NCBI GenBank assembly: GCA_000934665.2
Contig: JYFJ02002929.1
Location: forward strand, 1-51,990
Origin: Catajapyx aquilonaris
Taxonomy: Eukaryota
Reading direction: 5' to 3'
Length of the DNA stretch: 51,990 bases
The position numbers were made by a program, and so were the translations under genes. Positions 24,919-37,130 of this stretch are shown piece after piece (the stretch's first letter is position 1; each line of letters opens with the position of its first letter). Under the pieces are notes generated by a model. The model searched no databases and was not told where the DNA came from. It worked only from the letters and a program-made list of their open reading frames with translations.

Positions 24919-27908
24919 AGATCCGCACCAGGCAGCAACATCGAAGCGACATCCGACGGTGAAGTGCAGAATAAGCGAGTCGCCACCCAGGAGGTGGCGC
25001 CCGGAACGGCAGAATTGGAAATTCCGTGGAGTAGCTATGGTCGGCCTTTTTTTGAGTTTTACAATGTCCCTCGGCACCGTTTCCAAAAAAACAAAAGTGG
25101 TTTGAAAATATAGAAAACACGGGCAAAATTGTGACACCACTCCCAATGCTGTAGCCCGTACGGTGTGAGAGGAGTTTCCATGACAGTCGGGTATTAATAA
25201 AATAGATGACGATATGCAATACGCACCCTGACCTCCAATATTATTAGCCTACTAAGTACGTAAGACAATTTGCTGCTTGACCTTCTGACATCTTCACAAT
25301 ATCGAAGATGTATAGAAATAACCAATTTCGTCAACCTGACCTATTTCTTCAGAAGCACCCCCAGGTGGTGTACTATTAACGGCTTAAGTAACCCAATATC
25401 CTCGGGTTTAGGTCTCAATTTTCCATCGGCATCTGGATACATATAGTACGAGTTTTTACGACGAATCTGATGACGCTATATTGAAATGCAGCAGGTCGTA
25501 CGTGTTCCGACAAAAGTGGAGCGTTTATTACATGCCGAGAGGAGGATAAGTGACAAAAGCGACTCGGTTGGGATCCGGTAACATCGTATCCCATTTCTAA
25601 AACCAGGTCAGAAAACTGCTGGAAGTCTTCTTGTCCCGAGGCCTTGACAGATTCTGTTTTTGTCTGAATGGAAGCCTCGACAAAAAAAGAATAACAAAGT
25701 ATAGATGTCACTTGACCAATAGAGCACTCTGTCTGCTGGTGTTGAGATCAAATGTCCAGGTTTCTTAAAGGTTAATGGATTTAATGCTGTTTTTGTCAGG
25801 TGTCTACACAATGACACCTACAGTATAAGGACCGGATGTACTGAATTACTGAGGTCAATGTTTTCTAGGCAGATGACCTTTTTGGGTACAAGTCTTAATA
25901 TGGTACTGTATATTTTTAGTCCTTTCTTGGTAAGCACTACTTGGAAGCACTTTATGAATATGAGTTACAGTGAAACGGTCATGCTTTGGTGTGAATATAC
26001 GACGTTTCACCTAATGTGACACAAGGAGGTCACGCCGCATTTAGGTCTCGGAAATCCCAATTTTGCAGTGGCGGTACCTGCGACGTACTTGGTGCAGAGA
26101 AGGAAGGCGTATGTCATCATGTTGCCAAACTTGCGGTTTCCTGTCAGGTGAGCTATACAAAGATTCAGTTTCGTCACTCTTTTTATAACTTACGGGTCCA
26201 GCCAATGAAAACTCGCCAATATCGATGTGTGTATATGGCAGATTTTCCGTGTCAGTTTTTGTGTCCTGCAGGAATCCTGTGACATACTTCTGTGCAGTTT
26301 CAGGTCACGTCATTCAATCTGAAACTGCTGACTCGAATTTCACGTTTAAAGCGTGACTGTACATTTCAGACTAATACCATACATTATAAAAGAAGAGTGT
26401 TCAACTATGAACTATTTACAAGGAGGAAATGAGGACGGAAATGAAAAAAAAGCTACTCATCGATTTTCGATTTGACAATGCCATTCACACCTTACCCAAT
26501 ATCTGGCGACATTGACCTAGGTAGGATCAATGTGGTCTTTCACAGCTTTCTTTTGTCACGACGATATTGATCACAGAAAAGGTCTCGTGCATCATTCTGA
26601 AGAGTTTGAAGCTGCTTGTTAAAAGTACAAAAATAGCATTTATTGGGGCGTTTTTCAGCTTTTGTCATAATTACCCACTGTTATTACGTCATTAAAAACC
26701 AGTATCAAGCAGACTGCTTTTAAATGCCAACAGAATTACAAAAAATAGTCTATTTTTGAAGACACTGACAAATTGGATGCCCATTTTCTAGTTCCGTCTT
26801 GTTTTTATGCCGCGCAGTAATCAAGTGCGTTGCACACAATTTGCAAACAAGATCATTATCTGGTAAGCGATACCCAGAAAATCTCCATATGTCATAAGTA
26901 GATCCCTGGCATCATTAAATCCACAAATATTAATGAGGTGATCCAATCAAGAGTGTTTTCCCTTGTGACCTGTCTCATATGGCACGTGTGACCCTTCAAA
27001 AAAACACTACGCACCAATATTACATTACGTAACATAAAATTTCCATGTGACTTCTTTGTTGAGGTTGAAGATGATCTTGGTGTCATTCACACTCGTCCCA
27101 GTGACATTGACCTAGGTCGGCTTAAGGTGAATCATACGCTATGCCGAATCCACTCTCATGCGGGTAGTTCCAACCTTACTAATTAACGCTGAAATTAAGC
27201 GATTAAATTTCAAGGGCACTACCTTATTACATCCCACAACATTTCTGCGCACTTTCCATGTGTTATTGAAAATTGGCAAGCCTTTGAAGTGTCGGTTGGT
27301 TACACTCAAGAAGGTTACTGGGTGATGTACATTACACGTCATTAGCCGTGTCTTTTAGCCGACCTGGATGACGTGTGGTGAAGTCGTCATCGAAGTCTAG
27401 AGATGCTTGAATGGACCGGGTTATCGGAGGCGTAAGTCATCTGGGAGTATGTTGCCGTCGTAACCTCGTGACGTGTTGGTTGAAACAGTAATGAGGATTC
27501 CCTCTGCACAGTCGTCAGAACAGGTCAATGAATGCAGTCTATTAATATTAACCTGATTTATGTCACCAGTAGGCTAAATAGCAGGAACTATATAGTTGCT
27601 GGTTCTATGATCAAGCGTGCAAATTGTTTAGAACTTGGTAATGAGTTATTTAATAAACTAATGACAGAATAAGGTATAATACAAGTACTAGGAAAGGGAA
27701 ACCTTGCATGCGAGAATGTAACCAACTCCAAGTGTGGGCGAGGTCAGTAATGCTCTAAATTGTACGTAACTCCCATCAATTAGCGAAGCAGTGTAATATC
27801 TTGCTAAATGTGAGCCAATCTAAATTATGCATAAATAGCGTTAATAAATTTCTGCGAAACTGGCAAAGGCGGACGCCATCCATTGAAAAGCACTACAAAA
27901 TGTACCAG

Positions 27909-28064
27909 ACTGTACTATATGGGGCTCAAATTCTTTTGGCTACTTGATCCTGGTCTTGAAACAACCCTTCACACGCACCCACTTCCTCATCATGGGGCAT
28001 GTGAAAATGGTTGCTTCAAGACCAGGATAAAGTGGCCGAAAGTATTTGAACCCTATAGTACAGT
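27909..28064. mobile_element. ~155-bp foldback element (unclassified MITE)
   Basis: The left arm ACTGTACTATA..GGGCTCAAATTCTTTTGGCTACTTGATCCTGGTCTTGAAACAACC pairs with the right arm GGTTGCTTCAAGACCAGGATAAAGTGGCCGAAAGTATTTGAACCCTATAGTACAGT. Confidence 0.7.
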
Positions 28065-29628
28065 ACATGCTTACTTGATATCTGGTCAGTATCTGGATGG
28101 TATATACTTTTTCAGCCGTACATAATGTGAAACCTTCATAACAGGTACCTGTACCTGTAATTTTGCGACTTAGCTGAGCACAAAACTGGAACAATATGCA
28201 GGTAATATACAGTGCTAGTATAGGGAAAAGTCAAGGTCGGCCATTCGCACACACATGAAGTAACAGGCTGCATGTGTTAGTTTGACCGCAGGCACGTTTT
28301 GCTGTGCTCAGCACCTTCAAACGCAAGGCATCGGAGTAATATTAAGCAAAATTAGTCGCATAATATTTCCCTTATGGCACTGTACAGTATGCATACAGTA
28401 CATTTGAGCAGAAATGCTGTTGATTTGCACTGATGTGAGCCATATTAATTAAATTGAATGCTTGTCAGAGGCGTATTTGTGGAAGGTTAATATATTTCCG
28501 GATTCTTTACGCAATAAGGAGCAGGCATATCCGGGATGATCTATCCTATTCAGGTATGCCATGTGTGTCTCACATCACACCATGCTGTGGCATTGACCCA
28601 GGTCGCATTCTGGTGAATTATTATTAGTCTTTACAAAGAGGATGTACTCATGAAATGGCAGTGCTAACCAGTTCCACGTGAAGTTAAACTTGTTAACAGT
28701 CCAGTGAACTATGATTTATTGAGGTTCTAGCATGAAAGTGATATGGAGGAACGTTGGAAGTGGGATTACTCACCTCTCGTAATTCCCATATGCAGTCAAG
28801 TCAGGAGTGTATACAACCAGAGTGGCTCAAAATAATGTTCATCAATAAATCATCTTGGGATAATGCGCATAATTTTGGCGTGCGAAAGGGTCACAGGTGT
28901 ATATGACATCAAAGAGTTGAATTTCCTGCGACTCAACTGTCATTAGTGAGGTGTTGTGATTCGTTAATGTCTCAGGACATACCGGTATTATTCAGGAATG
29001 TGAGGCAGTATTGAAATTTTATTATCGATTACGTTCGGGTTACGTAACAAGGAGCTGTCTGTGTACTCATCAAATGACACTGCCAGTATACATTTATCTG
29101 GAATTTATCACCTGGAAAAATTCAGATATTGTAGGAGTTATGGCTTATGCACGTAACCTTTCCGGTGGAAAAGTCATGGTCGGACATTCACACCATCCTA
29201 ATTAGCACCATATTTAATTCTAACTGTAATTGCGGACGTTTACACTAACTTTTGTTCAGCAAATTCAGCTAAAGGCACATGAATTTTTCATACCATAATA
29301 AATGTTTGAGATTATTTTTCTAATTAATCGTAGAATATTCCCTAAAGGCCACAATTTCTTGTGGGTCTTCCGCACTGTACACCGCATTGTGCAAATGTAC
29401 AGTTTGCAAGTTTTGCAAATGTACATTTGCAGTAGAGCTCTCCACGGAGTTGTAAGTTTGGAATATTTACCATCAAACATATATACTATTAAGTTGAGTA
29501 AAGATTTTTGACTTACACCAACCAAAACATTGCACTCGTCGGTATCAGTTAGTGACGTCCACATAATTATGCACATGACGGTAATTGTAATAGTAACAAT
29601 ATGGTAATGTTAAGCTGTTTGTTAGACG

Positions 29629-29629
<1 letters not shown>

Positions 29630-29702
<73 letters not shown>
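29630..29702. repeat. (TAT)n microsatellite, ~24 units
   Basis: A pure TAT run that explains the spurious poly-Tyr ORF at 29601-29789. Confidence 0.97.
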
Positions 29703-32700
29703 GGGATCGCCTCACATCCCGAAATAGTTCAAGGGTACGAACAGGTGGTTATCTATTTGCTCTATATTTGGCATGCAGATTGCTCCTAATATGTGTGACG
29801 GGTGTGGTTACACCTTACGTACAGGCGTACAGAGCAACACATGCACACACAGATATCCGAGAAACATCGCATAGCAACCATACGTAGAAGCAATGACGGT
29901 CTGCCACCTTGACGCAAACCTGATTGATAGTGTCTGTGACGTGTTTAAACGAGTCGTGTTCCTACACACCTTATCAATCAGAAGCTGTCCGAAGGGTGTC
30001 AAGGGCGGACTTCACCTTTGTCCCCGATCTAGAGGAGCCTGATCCTGAATTAAGATCGACGATGATGCAATCTACAGATTAACAGCATTAAATGCACCAT
30101 ATCGGTATATAGGTCTCTAAGTACTAACATTTAACCAAACCCTGCCCACAAAATGATTAAAAGGGCAATTTCAACTACCTTATGCAAGGTCCGGCCTAGA
30201 AACAAATTTTTTCGACACAACTATTTCCGCCGCAACATGCTCCGCGGGCATCGAGGCCTGCACTCGAAACATGGATATTTCGGTCAGGAATGGACATTCG
30301 CCAGTAGAGGCCGGACTTTTACGTCAACATTACCTTGACTACAAGGCCTTGAAAATATTCATACAAAAAAAACTGTATTTGACCCTATACTTTCAGGTTA
30401 TTGATATTTAATACCTATTTTTACCATAAGGAACACTGGTGCATACGACTTGTTACTTATATGGCTGTATAAGGAACATCCCACGCATAAAGCTACCCAC
30501 TCATTACATTTGGAATATTCATGAACACTCAGGAAACTGGCTGTCATACCGAATTCAGTCAAGGTGTCGTTAATTCTTGGGCAGATTGGGTACTTACAGG
30601 TGATGGCATATCGATTGCTGCAATTTAAGGTTGCGAGGGGAGACAAAAAAAAATTGTCTAGCCATTGTTAGCAGAGCTGGGTATATACATATGGTGACAT
30701 GGCTGGTTTTATTCATAGACGTGGGGGAGGTGTTATGTAATTTCACAAAAGAGGAGGTGTAAAAGAGGGATTACCTTGTTGTAATTTTAGGAGCTTGTGT
30801 CATTTTGTGAAATATGGTTTGATCGTAAAGTGGGATTTGGACTATTTGCACGATCGTAGTTTGGTAATTAGTTTATCATTCGCTTTAATGGTCAGCATTT
30901 GTGTTATTTTTGTCCGTTTATGTCTTGTTTGGTGTGGACAATTTGGGTTAAAATAAGCGACACTCGTAATTTATGGAGTGTCAATGTACCCGATATGCGC
31001 ATTGCGGCCTGATTATGTATGGTCACAGCCTGGAAGTTGATGTCGAAGTGGGTTTGTACACAAAATTTTAAGCAAATATTTTCAAATCACTGATAAGCAC
31101 CACTTGGATCAATCGGTGAATGGCACGATGCTAATCAGGTGTGACATTTTCAATTTAACTGATTAGTGTCGTCCTTGACTCGTATTGAAAAGGTGTCACT
31201 ATCAAGTCACACTTCTTAATCCTATAATAACCTCGAGTTATGTAAATCTACATTACATCATAGCATAGGTTAATCAGGTTAATGAATCCCTATAGTCAGG
31301 GTTGAACGGCACTGATCTAATTCTCTCAAAATTTATTTACCGCTTCCGTAAAGTGCATTGTTGATTTAAAAACCCTCTCAGCACCCAGGGTACACCCGGG
31401 AAATGGCCTATTTGTTTTTGAAAGCCCTGTCTAGGAAAAACAATTCAATGATTTGATCGTTAGGGTGCCATCCTACCTTATGAATGTTTAATAGCATCAT
31501 ATGGGGTTCAAAAACAAGTTCAGCGAACTTGACCTTGTAACACGGAATTTTTTTGTGATAAATCATATGCAAATAAGAGTCAGTCAGTTGACACATTTCT
31601 CCAGTGTCACCTTTACTTGGAGGGTTAACTACTCAAAGGGGACCCGCGGGAGACATGAACCCGTAATTCGCAAGGTTTCTCGCAAAGTGAGGATGACCTT
31701 GAATTGCGTAAATTGCCCCTTTATTGGCGGCATTGAGAGGCAAAATGGCGGCACAATTGGAAAATCACTTGCAAAGCTTCCCATCCGGTGTTGGCCGTTG
31801 TCAGTGGCAGAATCAAGTAATTGTTCGAAAACACGGAGGTCACCCACACTTTTTGAGGTGTCAAAGGCCCCGATTTTTTTGTGGCGACCGCACCACTCTC
31901 GGTGGTACGTCAACAACGCAGAAGCAAGGCCCACGGTTAATTGGGATTATGGCAAGCCGTGATGAAACAGTGGAGCTAAATGAATGCTTACTAAGGAGGC
32001 TTGTTAGGATTGAGCTCCAACGTCCTAATGAAGTGGAAGCAGATGGCGTTGACACATTGGTGGGTGTCCCAAGATGGCCGACTGTACTGGTTTGTAACAA
32101 AATTCACACAATTATTGGTCTTAATTAATTTTAAAATGGGCAAGCCTTTGACCTCCGCCTGTTAAAGGTGAATAGGGAACGTTGCATAACTGAGCGTTCA
32201 CCTTTTGTCAAGGGAACAAAAGGACTGGTTGAGAATAGCATCTGACCAGGGCTTTGAGTTATGGATGTTTCGTATGATCCTACAGGTTTTGGCACTGCCT
32301 GCAGAGCTAATTAGGGGGTTCCGGTAATGACTCACGAAGACATGCATTCGGAGAAAAATTGAGCAAGGTGGTGAACAATACCACTGGAAACTGCATTGTT
32401 GTGGTGCAAGAACACTAAAGTAATGTTATATAAAAGATAAATTTAACACTAAATTAGTTCTAACTATGGAATTAATATATTAATTAAAATTATGATATTA
32501 AAGTTATGTGACAATAATTTAAAATAAATAATAAATAATTTAAAATAAAATAGATTTATCCGATAGATGGCGACTTGCATATGGCGCAATTTGTCGACAA
32601 GATTGGATACTTAATACCCATTTCTGCAGATAGTTCAGCAAGACCCGGACGTTTTTTTAAAGGAACCAAGACGAGTCCAAGGCCTTGAGTCATCCATGGA

Positions 32701-35700
32701 CTGGGCAAATTCCCAAGTGGAATCTCCCCATTACTGCCTGCTGAACTTGCCTGCATCAACAAGCCTGCAAAATTTTTCATTTTACGAACCGCTGACATTG
32801 GCAGTAAGCAAATGAAGGGCGATTTGTGCGCCCACTGCAACGCAATGGACGAGATGGGCTTTGCCTTATTTGAACTCCTCCGGATATTTACATTCCAGAG
32901 TGTGCGGGTAATCCGGGAAAGCTTTTCTAGTTCTCCTTGGCGCCAGGGACCTATGACAAAAAATGTGAAAGAATTGGAGACATTCGTAAAAAAAATTAAC
33001 ATTAAGAATGAAAATAAATATACCGAGTGGTGCAAATTTGGCAGCGTGTCATCAAGTGTTTACAGAATCAAGGTGCCGGGCGTCTGAGGGAATGTGTCGA
33101 GTTGCAGATTGTCGCTGCTACTGTCGCAGTGGCAATGAGCAAAAATATGCACTTTACGCCGCGACAAAAAATAGGCGTCAACCTTTAGTTAGGTAACTGG
33201 CTGGAGATATGTCCACAACTCAAGGAAAAAGCAACTTGCTGACTTGAATAAACTGAATGGTTTAGTACCTTTCAGCGAATATCTTATAATTCATCATGTA
33301 TATTTACACAACAATTACGCAACTAAAATATCATTATTTGTGGGAAAATGGATTGCATTGAAGGTAAAATAAATTTGTAAATAGTCAGGAAATTTTTATA
33401 GTTTAGGCCTACAAAATATAAGTCGACACAAATATTTCATATGTTTGTATACTAATTGCAGCCACACAATTTGAACTTGCAGTAACCTCTAGCCCTTTCA
33501 CTTGCAAATACCCTCAAATGTTAGCGTGGGTTGCAACAAATCCAGCCTAAAATAATTTCAGATGTCTGCTGCAAATGGCCAGCGGGCAGTAAACTAACCC
33601 TATGTATCCTGTTCACCACCAAGCATCCCGCTAATTTATCCTGCTGTGAACAACGCAATCAGGGGCTTCTGGTGCAATCAAACCGGAAACCAGCTATAGT
33701 AAAACACATTGGAACATTACACAATCTCCGTCCGTCCTATTTAAGCGACTTATTTTTCCTTCCTTCCTTCCCCCGCATCTAGCCTTATTAGGTCTGAAAC
33801 ATCGGTCTGGTGACCCTCAAACTACGTAAATTGCTGAGGGGCAGGAAACTTTTAAAGGTTCTTCTAAAAAACTACATGCAAAATGTGAAGATTAAAAAAA
33901 AAAAAAAAACGAAGCAAGGACGGTCGCTTCCTCTGGAGTAAATTCTCTGGTAGTGACTCAGTAGTAGGAAGGTCGCAAATATTGGAGGTGGGCCAGTCTT
34001 ATAGGGTAGGGCCAGCACAGGTCATTTGCTTGACCCTGCTTAGGAAGGCCGCGTTGGGACCGTTTGTTACAGTTAGGCGACAGTCAGGTAATTAATTAAC
34101 CCTGAGTACAATCATGCCTAGGGGGAAACAAACTCATAAATTTAGATGTTTATTTACTAAAATATTTCAAGTTACAAATTTTTAAATCCTCAAAAAAATA
34201 GTTCTTGTGTGATGCTCATAAAAGGAGTGGATAAACACACAACAGTGTTCCCAGAATATGTGTCAGTCTGTAACACAATTTCCGAGTGTTATGTAAAGCA
34301 GGTGTGTATAAATGGATGCTGAATTACACAATGAGTTGTAGCATGCTTCCAAGTTGAATCTTACACTAGGAGATACGGTTGTTTCTTGCGATTCTATTTT
34401 CTACGAAGGCCATTTTGTAGCAAAATTTAGTGCGCAATCAGTGTGCAAACATTATTTAGCCTATTTGTATTTTGGACATTACCCAGCAGCAAACAAGCAG
34501 GTTCGATGCCCTGTAGTTACGTTCAACAAATGATGAAAATGTCAGTACCTCGTCAGGCACCTCTTCATATATTATTGTGAAATTATATGTTGATATACTG
34601 TCGGTTATAATGGGAAACAAATCAGTTTTTGATAGTTTAATCAATATCCGCTCGTTCAACCTGACAATGTAACCAGGCTCTCAAAAGATTCAATTTATTT
34701 CCCAGCACAAAAAGCGGCAAGACCACATGGTGCTATTTTACCGCAGGGTCAGGTTCATGGTCCAGAGGCCATTCCACAGAGATTTCCATCAGAACCAGAG
34801 GTTTATTTTCTGTGCAGAAGGGTTCCGACGTGAAATTGGCACTTAAGAAAGTGCCAAAATGTGGCTCTGGGTGAGCGACCTTTTGCCGGATATTTTTCGC
34901 CAAATTGTAAACTGCTACTTGACAAAATGGCTGACTTTGTTGTATGATAAGTGGCGACATCTACATCATTTTATTTATTGAGGTATTTACATTAATTCTA
35001 ATATTTAGTAAAAATATTAAGGGCATTTGCCTGACACAACATTGGTGTCGACGACATTCCCTGCACAAGTGGCTGCAATTGCACATTTTGTAAATTTGTC
35101 ACGTCCGTGGTCACGTCGAACTTGCTGCTCATCAATGCTGCTCTTGATGAAAATGATGACCCGTTTTAATAATGCGATTCATGAGTCCGTAATAATTGGT
35201 CTGGACGCGAAAAGTGTCAGTGTCAATGTCTCTGTCGGACGTCGGCCGGTCATTTGGCTGCCAGTCCAGTCTCTTATCTCATTGATTTTAATGCAGTGTA
35301 GAAGGATGGGACATTCAGTATTGGAAGCGTGGAAGTTACAACTCCAGTGGAAGTGTCGAAATGGGGTCTTTAAGAGGCCGTTTCGTCAGGGTTTGATACC
35401 GGTATCTGACGTGTCTGGGGAGGGCGTAACAGGGGTATTTTTCAGGGGGAAATGGGCTAGTTATCTTCGAGGGTTATCACGTGGTATCAATCACATCGTA
35501 TCTCATTGTTGGAGTATGCTGGCTGAAAATCAAAGGACAGCTGCCCGGCGATAAGGGACACTTGCTGGAGAGGAGTCTCGTACGACCACATTCCTATAGA
35601 TTAAAATCATTAAATCCTAAGTTCATGTCCCGTTACATCGAAGGCATGATGCAAAATGTGCAAGTGTTGCACTTGCTTCCCCCCCCCCNCCCCCCCCATG

Positions 35701-37130
35701 CTTGATGTGCATCAGAACTGACAAGTGAGTTCACATCCATGTTTATGGAAATGCCCTCTCTCCTGCGTTAGGGTGTCAAATGATGACGATCAAATATTGG
35801 CATGAGAGGGTCAGAATAACTGAAGGTTTATGCCCCTATATGCACATCCCTGCTCTTGCAGAGAGGGGCCAACATGACTCACGAGTGTATGCAATATTTC
35901 CATCAGTGTGGATGTGAGCTCAATTCTGGCACATGCTGTCCATCCTTCAGCCTAATATTAACAGCAAAATGTTTGACAGCCACTAAAAGTTTGTTTAATA
36001 TGCAAATTGCAATGGATGTTCATCAAGTGTAATGCTTCTATTTTCTTAAAATTTGGTAGTCCACCATCAGTAATGGGTAATAGTAAAATAGTTTACTTTC
36101 ACAAATGTGGACATCCATTGTTATGTGTCAAAAAATCTCACTAAGCAGACAACTTACTTCACTTACTTGTAATACTTGGAATTATTCTTCTGAAAGAGTA
36201 AAGGCCAAAACACAAAAAGATTTTGCGGCAGCGTCAAGCGGCAAACGCCTGCCCCGCCAATTATTATTAATTGTTGGCAATAATAAATATAAATAATAAA
36301 TATGCCGCAACGAGCGCCATTTGCCGCGCGTTTTTTTTTTTTCTTGTGAAATGGCCTTAAGGGATTTTAGTGAAAAAGCTACAATATAGAACAAACATGC
36401 AAAATCAGAAGGAACAGTGAGGGTTACAACAAGTCAAGAGACTTTTCAAAAGCCTATGTGTACAGAACTCCGAAGTGACAAGGCTCAATCAGGAGATCCC
36501 TTTCGATTAATCAGGTGTGACAAGATTGTAGAAAGAGTTTTTGCAATATCCACATAGGTGAATTGCCTTTAATCATGTCATTGTGGATCAATGGGTCTCT
36601 GACAATAAACAATCTTGTAATCCTATTGCCCCAACTTAAATCTTTGCTGCAAACATGTCCCCCGAAGGCTTTTTGCTCTACGATGCACACGCAACATTTA
36701 TCAAAAGCAGTATTATCATGATTCGCTGCACATGTTCTGTTTGACATTGGCCACACTTGCCATCATTCGATCTGTCATGTCATGCCTTCTGTGGGTCCTT
36801 ATCACTAAGATCACCTTTAACTCTATGTTGCATTTGTGATAATAACCAGATCAAACGAGACAGTTGGGCTTTTCCCTTGAGCAGGAAAGCTGCAATGTGC
36901 CACCTTTGCCCTTGGAAATAACATTTTACCTGGTGACACATTTGTTCCTACTGACACTACAAAACGCACGAGCAGTTAATAATAATTCTTGCGCAGTTAA
37001 TGCAAATAGGCTGTTTATTATTGCTCAAAATGGATCTTAACTTAACACATACCATGACACAAATTGCAAAAGGTTTGTTTGGGCACATAAAATTATAGCA
37101 CATAATTATAGCGTGTCCATTTCACACCAC

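Noticed and set aside
35679..35697. Poly-C runs containing N (also 38796-38809)
   Set aside because: These are likely homopolymer or assembly uncertainty with no supportable biological interpretation.
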